Notes: generated from the sequence alone by a model not told the origin. Positions 8,949 through 17,331 are shown, counted from the stretch's first letter. The stretch: DNA of 32,000 nucleotides from Edaphobacter aggregans (GCF_003945235.1 NZ_RSDW01000001.1:4800001-4832000), one strand, 5' to 3'. Numbers and translations: made by a program.

Positions 8949-10199
8949 CTAGAATTCGATTGAAGCTCTTGGAAACACGCGAACGGTGAGGCTCTTGATG
9001 TCGTTGCTGACCGACGCAGTAGTTTCAAAAGGGTGGAATCGCGTACCCTTCGGAGCGTAGCCTTTCACAGCCGGAGAGATGTGGTAATCACCCGCAGGCA
9101 GATTCGCAAACTTGAAGTTGCCATCTTGGGCTAGTGTAGTTGTCTGGGCGTCCCAGACACGATCCGACTCGATCGTAATGCGCATTCCTGGTGGAAGAGG
9201 CTTTTTGTCGCTCAGCACAACCTTCCCGCTAAGTCGGTAACCTCGCTGGACCACGAGATCGGGGGCGTGGACGTACTGCCCCTTCTCCTTGATCTGAACT
9301 TCCACAGGATCTACTGCACCCTGGGATAGCGACTGCATCTTGGCGTAGACATACCACTCCTTCACTTCGGGAACGTTCGTGGCAGTGAACGTGCCATCGG
9401 CATTCGTGCCTATGCGTATCTCTTTGTAGGGGTCACCGATAATCGCGAGCTCGCCATCGAAACCCCCTCTGTTCTTCGGAATTAATCCGATCTCAGCATT
9501 GCTGATCGGCTTCCCATTCGCGACAATTCGGCCTGTGATGGCAGCTCCTTCAGACAGGGCGACAGAGTGGCGCTCCTGCCCCGTGGGCATCGTGATGAAC
9601 TTGGGAGCCATGGCGCGCGCTTCCACATTCAGGAGCATCTTCGGGATAGGCCTGGCATAAGAGATCTCGAAGTCACCCATCTTGTTCGTCACCGCCATGG
9701 GTTCAAGACCGTCTACCATTCCGTAAATACTGGCCTTTCCCTCGAGAATACCCACTGGCTCCACAACCGCGTCTGAAATAGGGGAGCCACTCTCATCGAC
9801 AACATGCCCTCTAATCGTGCCGGAAAAGTCGCCGGATGGGGGTTTAGGAGCTAGATGGATTTCAACCGTCGGGGTCTTGGCCGGATCAGCTTTCTCGGAA
9901 AAGGTTGGGACATATCCATCTTGAATAGCAAGTAACTCGAACCATAGATTAGGGGCGAGACTCTTGATGCGGAAATTGCCGTCGAGATCCGTGAGCACCC
10001 GCTTGCCGCAATCGGCGTAGCAACTCGGGCAATAGGTGCTGAATCCAGTTTTAACCCCGGCGTGATACACCATTACGGTCGTGTGAGCCAGGGGCCGGCC
10101 TGTGGAATCGACGACTTTGCCCGCAAGATCAGGTCTTAAAACTTGTGGGGAGGATAGCGTCGTGCAGGCTATAAGAAGTCCAAGCAACGCCGATTTCAT
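8949..10199 (-). CDS. exported carboxypeptidase-regulatory-like (CarboxypepD_reg) repeat protein
   Basis: The ORF is 416 aa with a signal peptide. There are about four G-x-V-x-D/x-x-G-x-P repeats (GKVVDSTGRPL, GHVVDESGSPI, GRIVANGKPI, GKVVLSDKKPL), each followed by a DGNF/GTF ... GY pattern. Confidence 0.85.
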   Translation of the reverse strand: MKSALLGLLIACTTLSSPQVLRPDLAGKVVDSTGRPLAHTTVMVYHAGVKTGFSTYCPSCYADCGKRVLTDLDGNFRIKSLAPNLWFELLAIQDGYVPTFSEKADPAKTPTVEIHLAPKPPSGDFSGTIRGHVVDESGSPISDAVVEPVGILEGKASIYGMVDGLEPMAVTNKMGDFEISYARPIPKMLLNVEARAMAPKFITMPTGQERHSVALSEGAAITGRIVANGKPISNAEIGLIPKNRGGFDGELAIIGDPYKEIRIGTNADGTFTATNVPEVKEWYVYAKMQSLSQGAVDPVEVQIKEKGQYVHAPDLVVQRGYRLSGKVVLSDKKPLPPGMRITIESDRVWDAQTTTLAQDGNFKFANLPAGDYHISPAVKGYAPKGTRFHPFETTASVSNDIKSLTVRVFPRASIEF

Positions 10200-10655
10200 G
10201 CTGGCACCTCGACAACCCCTTTATAAACCAATTGCCAGTCGTTAGCTCCAGCAGCTTTTCGGTCTCAACTTTCGGGCGAGAGAGAACGGGTTCACCGCTC
10301 AGATTTCGATCCGCTCAAAAAAAGCCTCTGCCCAAAGCTGCAGAGAATCGCAATGGAGCGGAAGTTGCTCCTTCGAAAGAAACAGAGACTGCTAAGTGAG
10401 CAGTCCATCAAAAGTTCTTTGAGGTGCCACGGCTTCAGGCTGTGAGTCACAGTAGAGGATATGCTGCCACCTGTTCTGGGCAAATCCTGTCGCTGGCGCA
10501 GGCTGGAAGAATGACAGGTATATTTATGCATTGAGCCTAATTGCAGGTCAGTGGGGATTTCTTCCGGCATCTTCTGAGGAGCGGCGAGCGTCTGCACAGG
10601 CTTGCTTCGGCATCGAGGATCCTGCTTACGCAAGAGAGCCGGCGTCAGGGAGGGC

Positions 10656-10683
10656 GAACCCCGCGTTTCGTTTTGTGCGTGAA
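10656..10683 (+). promoter_or_regulatory. possible ECF-type promoter (GAACC-N17-CGT)
   Basis: GAACC lies at 10656-10660 and CGTG at 10678-10681, about 55 nt upstream of the sigma-factor GTG. This rests on pattern similarity only. Confidence 0.25.
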
Positions 10684-10733
10684 AGAAATTCTCATCTCGA
10701 AGCGAACCATTTTGGCGGTAAACCCGAATCAAT

Positions 10734-11267
10734 GTGTGGAGAAGGAAATTGACCGACGACGAAGAGGTTTGGAAGAAGATCTCCAACGCAGATGTGGCGG
10801 CATTTGACGCATTCTACCGGGAGAGTGCACCGAGGCTTCGGGCGTTTCTGCGCCACATCGTCGGAAATCCGCAGGCGGCCGAGGATGTTGCGCAAGACGC
10901 GTTTACCCAGATATATGGATTCGCCCCAACGGCTTTCAGCCGGAGCGCGGGAGCCTTCGCGGGTATCTCTATGGGATTGCGAGGAAGCGCGCCGCGGAAT
11001 GGTGGCGAAACCAGACAACATCCGATGGGGCCCGCCGGGCCCGAGCCGAGCGACTGCAAGACTGAGGCAGCTTCCGTGATGGGAGATGCGCTCGCTCGGC
11101 TCCCCGAGGAGCAACGAGCGTTGTTATGGCTGCGGGAAGTAGAAGGGCAATCGTATGCGGAACTCGCGGTCATTCTGGAGATCCCCATAGGAACCGTGAG
11201 ATCGCGGCTGTTTGCGGCACGGGAGGCATTGCGAAAGATATGGCGGAGCGATTGGAGGTCCATATGA
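10734..11267 (+). CDS. ECF (sigma-70 family) RNA polymerase sigma factor; ORF open, but region 2 is encoded out of frame
   Basis: The N-terminus ...AEDVAQDAFTQI and the C-terminus LPEEQRALLWLREVEGQSYAELAVILEIPIGTVRSRLFAAREAL are canonical ECF regions 2.1 and 4. The expected IWIRPNGFQPERGSLRGYLYGIARKRAAEWWRNQ is present only in the +2 frame (10913-11014). Confidence 0.85.
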   Translation: MWRRKLTDDEEVWKKISNADVAAFDAFYRESAPRLRAFLRHIVGNPQAAEDVAQDAFTQIYGFAPTAFSRSAGAFAGISMGLRGSAPRNGGETRQHPMGPAGPEPSDCKTEAASVMGDALARLPEEQRALLWLREVEGQSYAELAVILEIPIGTVRSRLFAAREALRKIWRSDWRSI

Positions 11268-12361
11268 GATGCGAGGATGCAGCGGAGTTTGTCTCCGCAC
11301 TTTACGACGGTGAAACCATTCCGCGTGCGGCAGCCGAGCATGTCAGCTTGTGCCAGGCCTGCCAATCGCAGTTGAAGGAGTACATCGAGATGGGTGTAGA
11401 GTTGCGGCGGGTTGCTAGCCTCGATGCGGAGAGCGAGGTGAAGGACCGCACCTGGGAAAAACAGCCGGGAACCATTCGAAGATGGTGGCAGAAAGGATGG
11501 GAGACGATGAGGATTCCAAGGATGGCATTTGTTTTGTTGCTGACCATGGTCGTGGCGATAAGCTCGGGCCTCACGCTGATTGGAGTGCGGGCGCATGAGC
11601 ACGGAACCGTGGCCATACTGAAGATTGCGCCGCCTGACGAGGAAACCGTCATGAACATCATGCCGTGTCCGTTGTCGACCGAAGACAAAAACTACTCGGA
11701 TTGCGATAACTCGGGTGTGATGAGATCAGGCTCGTTCAGCTACAAAATCAAATTGCTTTCGCGAGATGGCAATCGGATTCGGCTCGGTATTCGGGCAGCC
11801 TTTGTAAACCGCGCTAATAGCACAGAAACGGTGGCGCAAAAACTCCAGGGTGCGACGGAGCGGGAGTACTGGTTCGAGCCGGGAGAGACGTTGAAAATCG
11901 ACGTTGATGGACTGGGACCGGTGGCCGTGACGGGGGAATGGCAGGACCACATGCCGTACTTCCCAAGGATGGATGTGGAACACAATCTGGAGCCGGGGCC
12001 AAACGAGCTCCGCATGATCTCTCCCATTCTTCTACGCGGCGATCGAGTGGTGTTCGATGCTAAGGGAGGCGCCGCCACATCGAGCGTCCCTAACGCAGCG
12101 TTCTGGGTGAATGTGCCTGGAGACGGGGTTTATGTTCTTTCCATGTCGCCCATGCCAGACAGTGTTCAAGCGCATGCAGCGGACAACCGAGTGACTTTCG
12201 AGATTGGCGGGCGATCCTATCAGTTTGTTACGGGCGCTCCCATTACGAGAGCGGAAAAGGTATGGATCCTGCATCGGGCGGGTGCGAAGTTCCCTATGAA
12301 TGGCGTATTTGGAAGCGGTAGCTCAGATGGCTTGCTCCCGTTGTTGCAAGCAAATAAATGA
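11264..12361 (+). CDS. zf-HC2-type anti-sigma factor, single-pass membrane protein
   Basis: The ATG at 11264 overlaps the sigma stop (ATGA), with GGAGG 6 nt upstream. The H-x3-C-x2-C motif is EHVSLCQAC. A TM segment MAFVLLLTMVVAISSGLTLIGV is followed by about 230 aa of unassigned extracytoplasmic domain. Confidence 0.8.
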   Translation: MRCEDAAEFVSALYDGETIPRAAAEHVSLCQACQSQLKEYIEMGVELRRVASLDAESEVKDRTWEKQPGTIRRWWQKGWETMRIPRMAFVLLLTMVVAISSGLTLIGVRAHEHGTVAILKIAPPDEETVMNIMPCPLSTEDKNYSDCDNSGVMRSGSFSYKIKLLSRDGNRIRLGIRAAFVNRANSTETVAQKLQGATEREYWFEPGETLKIDVDGLGPVAVTGEWQDHMPYFPRMDVEHNLEPGPNELRMISPILLRGDRVVFDAKGGAATSSVPNAAFWVNVPGDGVYVLSMSPMPDSVQAHAADNRVTFEIGGRSYQFVTGAPITRAEKVWILHRAGAKFPMNGVFGSGSSDGLLPLLQANK

Positions 12362-12420
12362 GTTTATTTCACCGCGCCCGACTCTCAGACTTTGTCGGCA
12401 ATAGCAATTCAAAAACTACT

Positions 12421-12439
12421 CGGGCGTCGGACGCCCGAA
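12421..12439. terminator. GC hairpin between convergent genes
   Basis: The sequence is TCGGGCG-tcgga-CGCCCGA. On the minus strand it is followed by GTAGTTTTTG. There is no T-run on the plus strand. Confidence 0.4.
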
Positions 12440-12601
12440 TTAATGTGCACGTTTCATTCTCCCGAACCCGCGAGCCAGCGCCCTGATCCCTGAAACCTGC
12501 TCCCAACCACGCATGCGCCAGCTTCTTAATGTTTCTGGCCCCCGAGATATTGTGAAACCGACACTTCAGACCCGAAGAAGCCATCTATCTCGACAATAAA
12601 C

Positions 12602-12631
12602 GGAGGACGAAGCTTAATAGCCTCATCCTCC
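12602..12631 (-). terminator. rho-independent terminator candidate for ssb
   Basis: The minus strand forms a 13-bp stem (two G-U pairs) with an ATTA loop, followed by GTTTATTGT. It begins 12 nt after the ssb stop. Confidence 0.5.
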
Positions 12632-12642
12632 CAGGTCGACGA

Positions 12643-13014
12643 TTACTCGTCGTCGGCTCCGTCCGAAGGATCATCTGCGGCTTCAACTTTCGAGAGCCGC
12701 TTCATGCTGATCGCGTGGATCTCGGTGATCCGGTGCTTGAAGGTGGTCCCCTTGACCTCATCCTCTACCTCGCGATACCGGAGAATGCCTTCCAGGTTGA
12801 CGAGCTGCCCCTTCTGGAGAGTCTTGGCGAACTTAGAGAGATTCCTCCAGGCAAAGACGCGATGCCACTCGGTGCGGTTCTCGTAGTCGCCCTTGTCGTT
12901 CTTCCAGCTCTCCTGGGTTGCGATGTTGAGGATGACGTACTCTTTGTTGTTTTGAGCGGTTTTGGCTTCTGCGTTCTGTCCGAGGCGGCCGATGAGGATG
13001 ACTTTGTTGAACAT
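12643..13014 (-). CDS. ssb: single-stranded DNA-binding protein (short, 123 aa)
   Basis: MFNKVILIGRLGQNAEAK...TEWHRVFAW...GQLVNLEGILRYRE is a canonical OB-fold SSB. The ATG at 13014 has GGAG 9 nt upstream; the upstream ORF extension to 13281 is not protein-like. The acidic tail DDPSDGADDE lacks the usual terminal D-I/F-P-F. Confidence 0.9.
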   Translation of the reverse strand: MFNKVILIGRLGQNAEAKTAQNNKEYVILNIATQESWKNDKGDYENRTEWHRVFAWRNLSKFAKTLQKGQLVNLEGILRYREVEDEVKGTTFKHRITEIHAISMKRLSKVEAADDPSDGADDE

Positions 13015-13723
13015 GGTGTTTAGCTCCGTTTCTTTTGGTTTGTCCGCTGTCTGCGGTACATGCTTGCCCAACGGGTGTGCCAGCGCGACCCACTCCCTCG
13101 GCGACTGGACAGAATCTGCGGAAGGGGACCCGAACTTGCTTTGGGGCAGGAGTCCGCACCTCGTAGAGGCGCATAGCGGATTCTGGGAAGGAGAGCGTGC
13201 GTCCGAAGGGCGGGGGTGTCTTGAGCGCGGCACGCTGAACGCAGATAGAAAGGCAAATCGGAAGGGAGCCGTCCTGTTCAACGGCCTCTCATGGTGCGAG
13301 TAGCAAAAGCCAGCTCAGAAACTAGAAGAGTCAATCCCCATGCAACCGGGGAGAATGACAAGGGGACGAAACGACGATGCTATCGCTCGGCCCATCTCCT
13401 CGCTTTCTCCATAGTCCTCCGGATGTAGGCAGCTCACTTGGAAGTACTGGGATCGCGAGAAAGATAGTCGTGTTTCAAAAGCACATCCGATCCGGTCCTC
13501 GCCCATGCCATTGGCGTACGCGGCGACACAGAACGCTATGTCGGCGGCGGCGGTCGGTCCTGGTACTTAATCGAAGTTCGTGATCGCTCCATGGCTCCAT
13601 AGATAGATCCGATAACCTAGGTCCCTTTGGCGGAGAACGAGAACTTTGCGAACGCCTCGCCTCGTTATCGCCTGCTCGAAGGCCTGCACCATTGGGTAAC
13701 TAGACATTCCAGGTCAAACGGGG

Positions 13724-13757
13724 ATCACTCCGGATTGTAAGCAATCCCGGAAGTGAT
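13724..13757 (-). terminator. imperfect hairpin downstream of the TIGR03435-domain gene
   Basis: The minus strand reads ATCACTTCCGGGATTG-CTTA-CAATCCGGAGTGAT followed by CCCCGTTTG, about 50 nt after the stop. Confidence 0.3.
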
Positions 13758-13806
13758 ATGGCCGCTGCCGTCCCTACCGCTGAGTCGCAGTACATCGCTT
13801 TCGGGT

Positions 13807-15180
13807 TCATCTAGGCTGGAACACGAGTGTTTCTATGTTCCGTTGGGCGGGGGTGACGACCAGGTTCAACTGATTGCGAAGGCGTTCGAGAAAGTCGTTC
13901 TGTTGGCCTCTACCTGTTCTCACCTGAAAGTCATACTTGCCTTCCAGGTTGGTCTCATTAACGACGGGACGATCCAGGTTCCTCTCCAGCGTGTGGCAAA
14001 ATTCATCCATTGTGGCATTTCTGACTGAGATGCTACGGAAAGCATTAATCGGAAGCGGCTTGGGATCGCCGCTAGGCATCTCATCCGCGCTGCCCACTGT
14101 TTCAAAGCCAATGGAGGAGGAACTGAAGCCGCCGCCCGTCCGGCCTGCTGACTGCCGTGCCGTCGTTGCAGGGGGAGTCCCGTTCGGCGCGGTCACCACG
14201 TAGACGTCCGACAGATGGTCTACGCGGGTCGCGGCGATATGGAAGTAATCCTGAATGCTTTGCTCGATCACACGGCGCTTTTCTTCACGGCTCTTGGGTT
14301 CCGGCAGAACAATCGCAAAATCGTAGCGCTTGCCGTTGTCGAGTGACGCAGGAAGAACGATGCGAATTGGGTTCAGGTCATACATCTCGGCAATCAGGCT
14401 CTTCAACGTGAAGCCCTGCAGGCTCCAAAAGTCATCCCCGCTAGAATTGCCGCTTCCGAGCTCGTTTTTGGCCGGCGAGACATGGAGCGTGTCGGATGGC
14501 GGAAACGCAGGTCTTTGGTCTTCCGGCCGGGGCATCCTTGGCGACTCCGCATCCAGCGGCACCAGACCGCTCGCGAGAAATGCCTTGGCCGACGCTATAT
14601 CCGGCTTGGGCCTCGTCGTGGTGATATGGCCGTCCAAGACCCCATTCAATGTCCGGTCGTCCGGAACGATGCCTTGCTGGAAGCCGACGATCTTGCGGTC
14701 CGCGCCGATGTACACCATGGCCGGCATCTCCAACCCATAAGCCCTACCGGTCTGGCCGTCGGGGTCGTACAACACCGAGCCACTCACTCGATGCTGCGCG
14801 AGCCAGGGCAAAAGGGAGGACTCTTTCTCCGAAGTGATCAGGACGAATTGCACCGGCTTGCCAGCGAAGCGCTCGATCACCGCATTCCACATCGTCATCG
14901 GGTTAGGGTTGCGCGAGACCAGGGGAAAGAAAACGAGCACGGTCGTCTTTCCGGAGAGATCTGCTGAATTCCAGGAGCCTTCAGCAGGCTCCAGCACTTT
15001 GGTAAACACAATGTCCGGCGCGAAATCGCCTGCCTTCAGTCGAACGGAAACATCTCCGAATACACCCTGGATTGCTGCAACGGATGGGATACTCACGTTA
15101 TTCGCCAACTGGGCACGCATCTCGGCTTTCGCGAAAAGACCCACAAGCGCTAAGAGGGCACAGTTTTTTGCAAGGTTCAC
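13807..15180 (-). CDS. exported fusion protein: thioredoxin-like (TlpA/redoxin fold, no CXXC) N-domain plus TIGR03435-type C-domain
   Basis: I prefer the GTG at 15180 (GGAGGGAGG 4 nt upstream), which gives signal peptide MNLAKNCALLALVGLFAKAEM. The redoxin pattern is GDFAPDIVF...GKTTVLVFFPLVSRNPNP...VLYDPDG...YGLEMPAMVYI. The C-terminal half has GFTLKSLIAEMY...YDFAIV...RPVVNETNLEGKYDFQV...NLVVTP, matching TIGR03435 as I remember it. Confidence 0.85.
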   Translation of the reverse strand: MNLAKNCALLALVGLFAKAEMRAQLANNVSIPSVAAIQGVFGDVSVRLKAGDFAPDIVFTKVLEPAEGSWNSADLSGKTTVLVFFPLVSRNPNPMTMWNAVIERFAGKPVQFVLITSEKESSLLPWLAQHRVSGSVLYDPDGQTGRAYGLEMPAMVYIGADRKIVGFQQGIVPDDRTLNGVLDGHITTTRPKPDIASAKAFLASGLVPLDAESPRMPRPEDQRPAFPPSDTLHVSPAKNELGSGNSSGDDFWSLQGFTLKSLIAEMYDLNPIRIVLPASLDNGKRYDFAIVLPEPKSREEKRRVIEQSIQDYFHIAATRVDHLSDVYVVTAPNGTPPATTARQSAGRTGGGFSSSSIGFETVGSADEMPSGDPKPLPINAFRSISVRNATMDEFCHTLERNLDRPVVNETNLEGKYDFQVRTGRGQQNDFLERLRNQLNLVVTPAQRNIETLVFQPR

Positions 15181-15189
15181 AACGCCTCC

Positions 15190-15444
15190 CTCCAAGGAGT
15201 CGATCCTGGCCAATCAGTATACTGTGCTCCTCATCGAGAGGAAGCGAGGTGTATCTGCGGTTACCCGGTTGTGCGAGCCGTGGGCATTGTGGTACTTGAG
15301 CAGAGAAAGCTTGTCGAGGACCGCCGCGGCCGAAATGCCGTCGAGTCTCGGAAACATTCCACGTTCACTCAGGACACCGATATCGTAGAGCGGCGCCTCG
15401 ATAGCAGTGAAAATGACCCGAACGGTGGATTCGGTCTTATCCAT
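15190..15444 (-). pseudogene. RepB'-like (RSF1010-type) DNA primase N-terminal fragment
   Basis: YDIGVLSERGMFPRLDGISAAAVLDKLSLLKYHNAHGSH parallels RepB' FDIGVRDATTGQMMNREWSAAEVLQNTPWLKRMNAQGND. After a frameshift near 15255, EEHSILIGQD parallels ERHGLVLVDD. Similarity then ends at the start of the neighbouring gene. Confidence 0.5.
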
Positions 15445-15657
15445 CGATGTTTTCTTCCAAATGCTTTTTCACATGGGAGGGGTGCAGGGGAGGGGAAGGC
15501 CCGCCGACCATCATTGAGTGGGAGAAGTCCTGGCATCTACGATCTAAGCGAGATCAGAGAGGCAGTTTTTGACACTGCCGCCGCATTTGTTTGAATAACG
15601 TGACTGCAAACGAAACACTACATCTCAGCGGCATGTAGGGGTCACTAAGCCCACCGC

Positions 15658-15830
15658 CTATGTTGCCCACTGCACCTGCTCCGAAGTTGTAGGATTGAAT
15701 CCTGCTGTGCCCACCAAATACTCCATATAAATCAATGATTTACTGTTTACTATCGAATAAGTGTATGGCTGAGTTCCACCGGAAGCAGCCAGCGTATTAG
15801 TGTATTGCTGTCCGACAATAGACGGCGATG
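15658..15830 (-). pseudogene. fragment of a putative Ig-like (He_PIG-type) repeat
   Basis: GQQYTNTLAASGGTQPYTYSIV fits the G-x-x-Y-x-x-x-L-x-A-x-GG-x-x-PYT-x-S motif of bacterial Ig-like repeats. It is an isolated piece of about 55 aa. Confidence 0.3.
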
Positions 15831-16300
15831 GAACTGAATTCGACGTCTTCGATATCCGTCTGCCGGTCCCATGATTCCCATTCAATGAGTGTCTCAATGC
15901 TTTCCTGCACGCGGCGCCGTAACTCATCTACCGGTAACGCATCGAGTTCGACGGTGGGAGCCTTTATCCCAAACCGTCTTTGGAATGCTTTGGCGCGGCT
16001 ATCGGTCAGCTTGACGCGCTGCGGCGGCAAGTTGAAGGCCTTGATGTCCGATGGATGGATGGCGAGGCGAATCATGGAGAATTCCTTGCCGCTGGCAGCT
16101 TGTGTGCGCTGGCGGATATCCCGCTCTATGTCATGACCGGATGGATCGTGGTCGCCCAGGTAGAAGACGGTGATCGGCTTGTCGATATCTTCGAACAGAT
16201 TGCCGATTTTGCCTTCCATACCGGTGGAACCGAAGCCGCGGCAGGCGCGCAACATCACACCATACTCTTGCGTGATGGGACGAAGGGAACCTTGTGAACA
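15797..16300 (-). pseudogene. 5'-truncated Toprim-domain protein (Topo VIA/Spo11-like fold), typical of phage and ICE accessory genes
   Basis: The motifs seen are ITQEYGVMLRACRGFGS...ITVFYLGDHDPSGHDIERDI...VELDALPVDELRRRV. Homology in this frame runs up to about 16300 with no start codon or N-terminal domain. Confidence 0.45.
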
Positions 16301-17085
16301 CGGTCGTGGTGCACCCAGTTCACGCTCGAGCGGCGCCGATCCTGGATTTCGAGTTTGGCGATGCGGAGGCGATCCTCTACATCCCGTCGAACGGAATGCC
16401 TCCCATCCTGTCGCCGCGTACCGTCCTGATCGGGATGCAGACGGGTCGGCGCGGTGAACTTCATATCAGCGGAACAGTGGATTCCTTCGCGATCCTGTTC
16501 CAACCCGATGGACTCGATCTCCTCTTTGCCCTGCCAGCGCAAGAGTTCACGGATCGAAGTTTCGATGCTGAATCGGTGTTTGGCCGGATGATCGCGCGCT
16601 TCCATGAGCGGCTCGCCGATTGCCGTTCCTCCGAAGAGCGTGTCTCCGTCGCCAACCAATTTCTCATTCAGCATGCCCACGCAACGCGCACCCGGGACGG
16701 AATCACGGCGGCAGCACATCAGATGTTGTTGGAAGCCGCGGCTGGAGGCATACCGGCCATGGCTGAACGAGCCGGCCTCAGTGCGCGCCAATTTCGACGA
16801 ATTTTCCTGCAAAGAGTTGGCGTGAGTCCCAAGCTCTTCGCGCGCATTGCGCGGTTCGAAGGGGCGCTCGACCGAATGGCTCGCTCTTCCGGCGGTTCAT
16901 GGACTGAGGTTGCGCATCGTTTCGGCTACTACGACCAGATGCATATGGTCCACGAATTCGCTCAGTTCACTGGTGAAACCCCGACCCGGACGCTACATTA
17001 TTTTGAGACGGCGTTTCAGCGGCAGATGAGTGCGATGCGGTCCAGTAACGGACCACGCTGCGATGGCGGGCGATGGATCCTTTAA
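16294..17085 (+). CDS. AraC-family transcriptional regulator, apparently missing about 40-50 N-terminal codons
   Basis: The C-terminal HTH_18 pattern is AERAGLSARQFRRIFLQRVGVSPKLFARIARFEGAL...GYYDQMHMVHEFAQFTGETP. The ORF begins (GTG) inside the conserved VVHPVxARAAP block that normally follows an N-terminal segment. Confidence 0.8.
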   Translation: MNTVVVHPVHARAAPILDFEFGDAEAILYIPSNGMPPILSPRTVLIGMQTGRRGELHISGTVDSFAILFQPDGLDLLFALPAQEFTDRSFDAESVFGRMIARFHERLADCRSSEERVSVANQFLIQHAHATRTRDGITAAAHQMLLEAAAGGIPAMAERAGLSARQFRRIFLQRVGVSPKLFARIARFEGALDRMARSSGGSWTEVAHRFGYYDQMHMVHEFAQFTGETPTRTLHYFETAFQRQMSAMRSSNGPRCDGGRWIL

Positions 17086-17331
17086 CCCTGCGGTACATGC
17101 CCGCAGTCTTGCAGGTCGACTGACTCTTGCGAGTCGGTGGCCAGGAGACTGCAGGCGCGCTCTCCGCTGGCGAAACGCGTAGGGTTCAGCACAACCTGAT
17201 TTGCAAAGGATGACCTTACTCTGCATTATGAGGTGAACGTTCTGGGCCTGCATCGAATGCCTGGAGGATGTATGATCTCCCGCGCGGAAACGGGTTAGGG
17301 CTAATAAATCGCTTTAGTAGAATCATTGCGC

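Noticed and set aside
10440-10452. The palindrome CTGTGAGTCACAG, with LexA-like CTGT...ACAG or CRP-like TGTGA...TCACA halves.
   Set aside because: The half-site spacing (1 nt) matches neither consensus (8 nt for LexA, 6 nt for CRP). It is a single occurrence, which may be chance in a 530-bp intergenic region.
10292-11602. Minus-strand ORFs 10292..10786 (164 aa) and 10814..11602 (262 aa).
   Set aside because: The first covers the divergent promoter region and has Ser/Arg-rich, non-protein-like sequence. The second is antisense to the sigma and anti-sigma genes.
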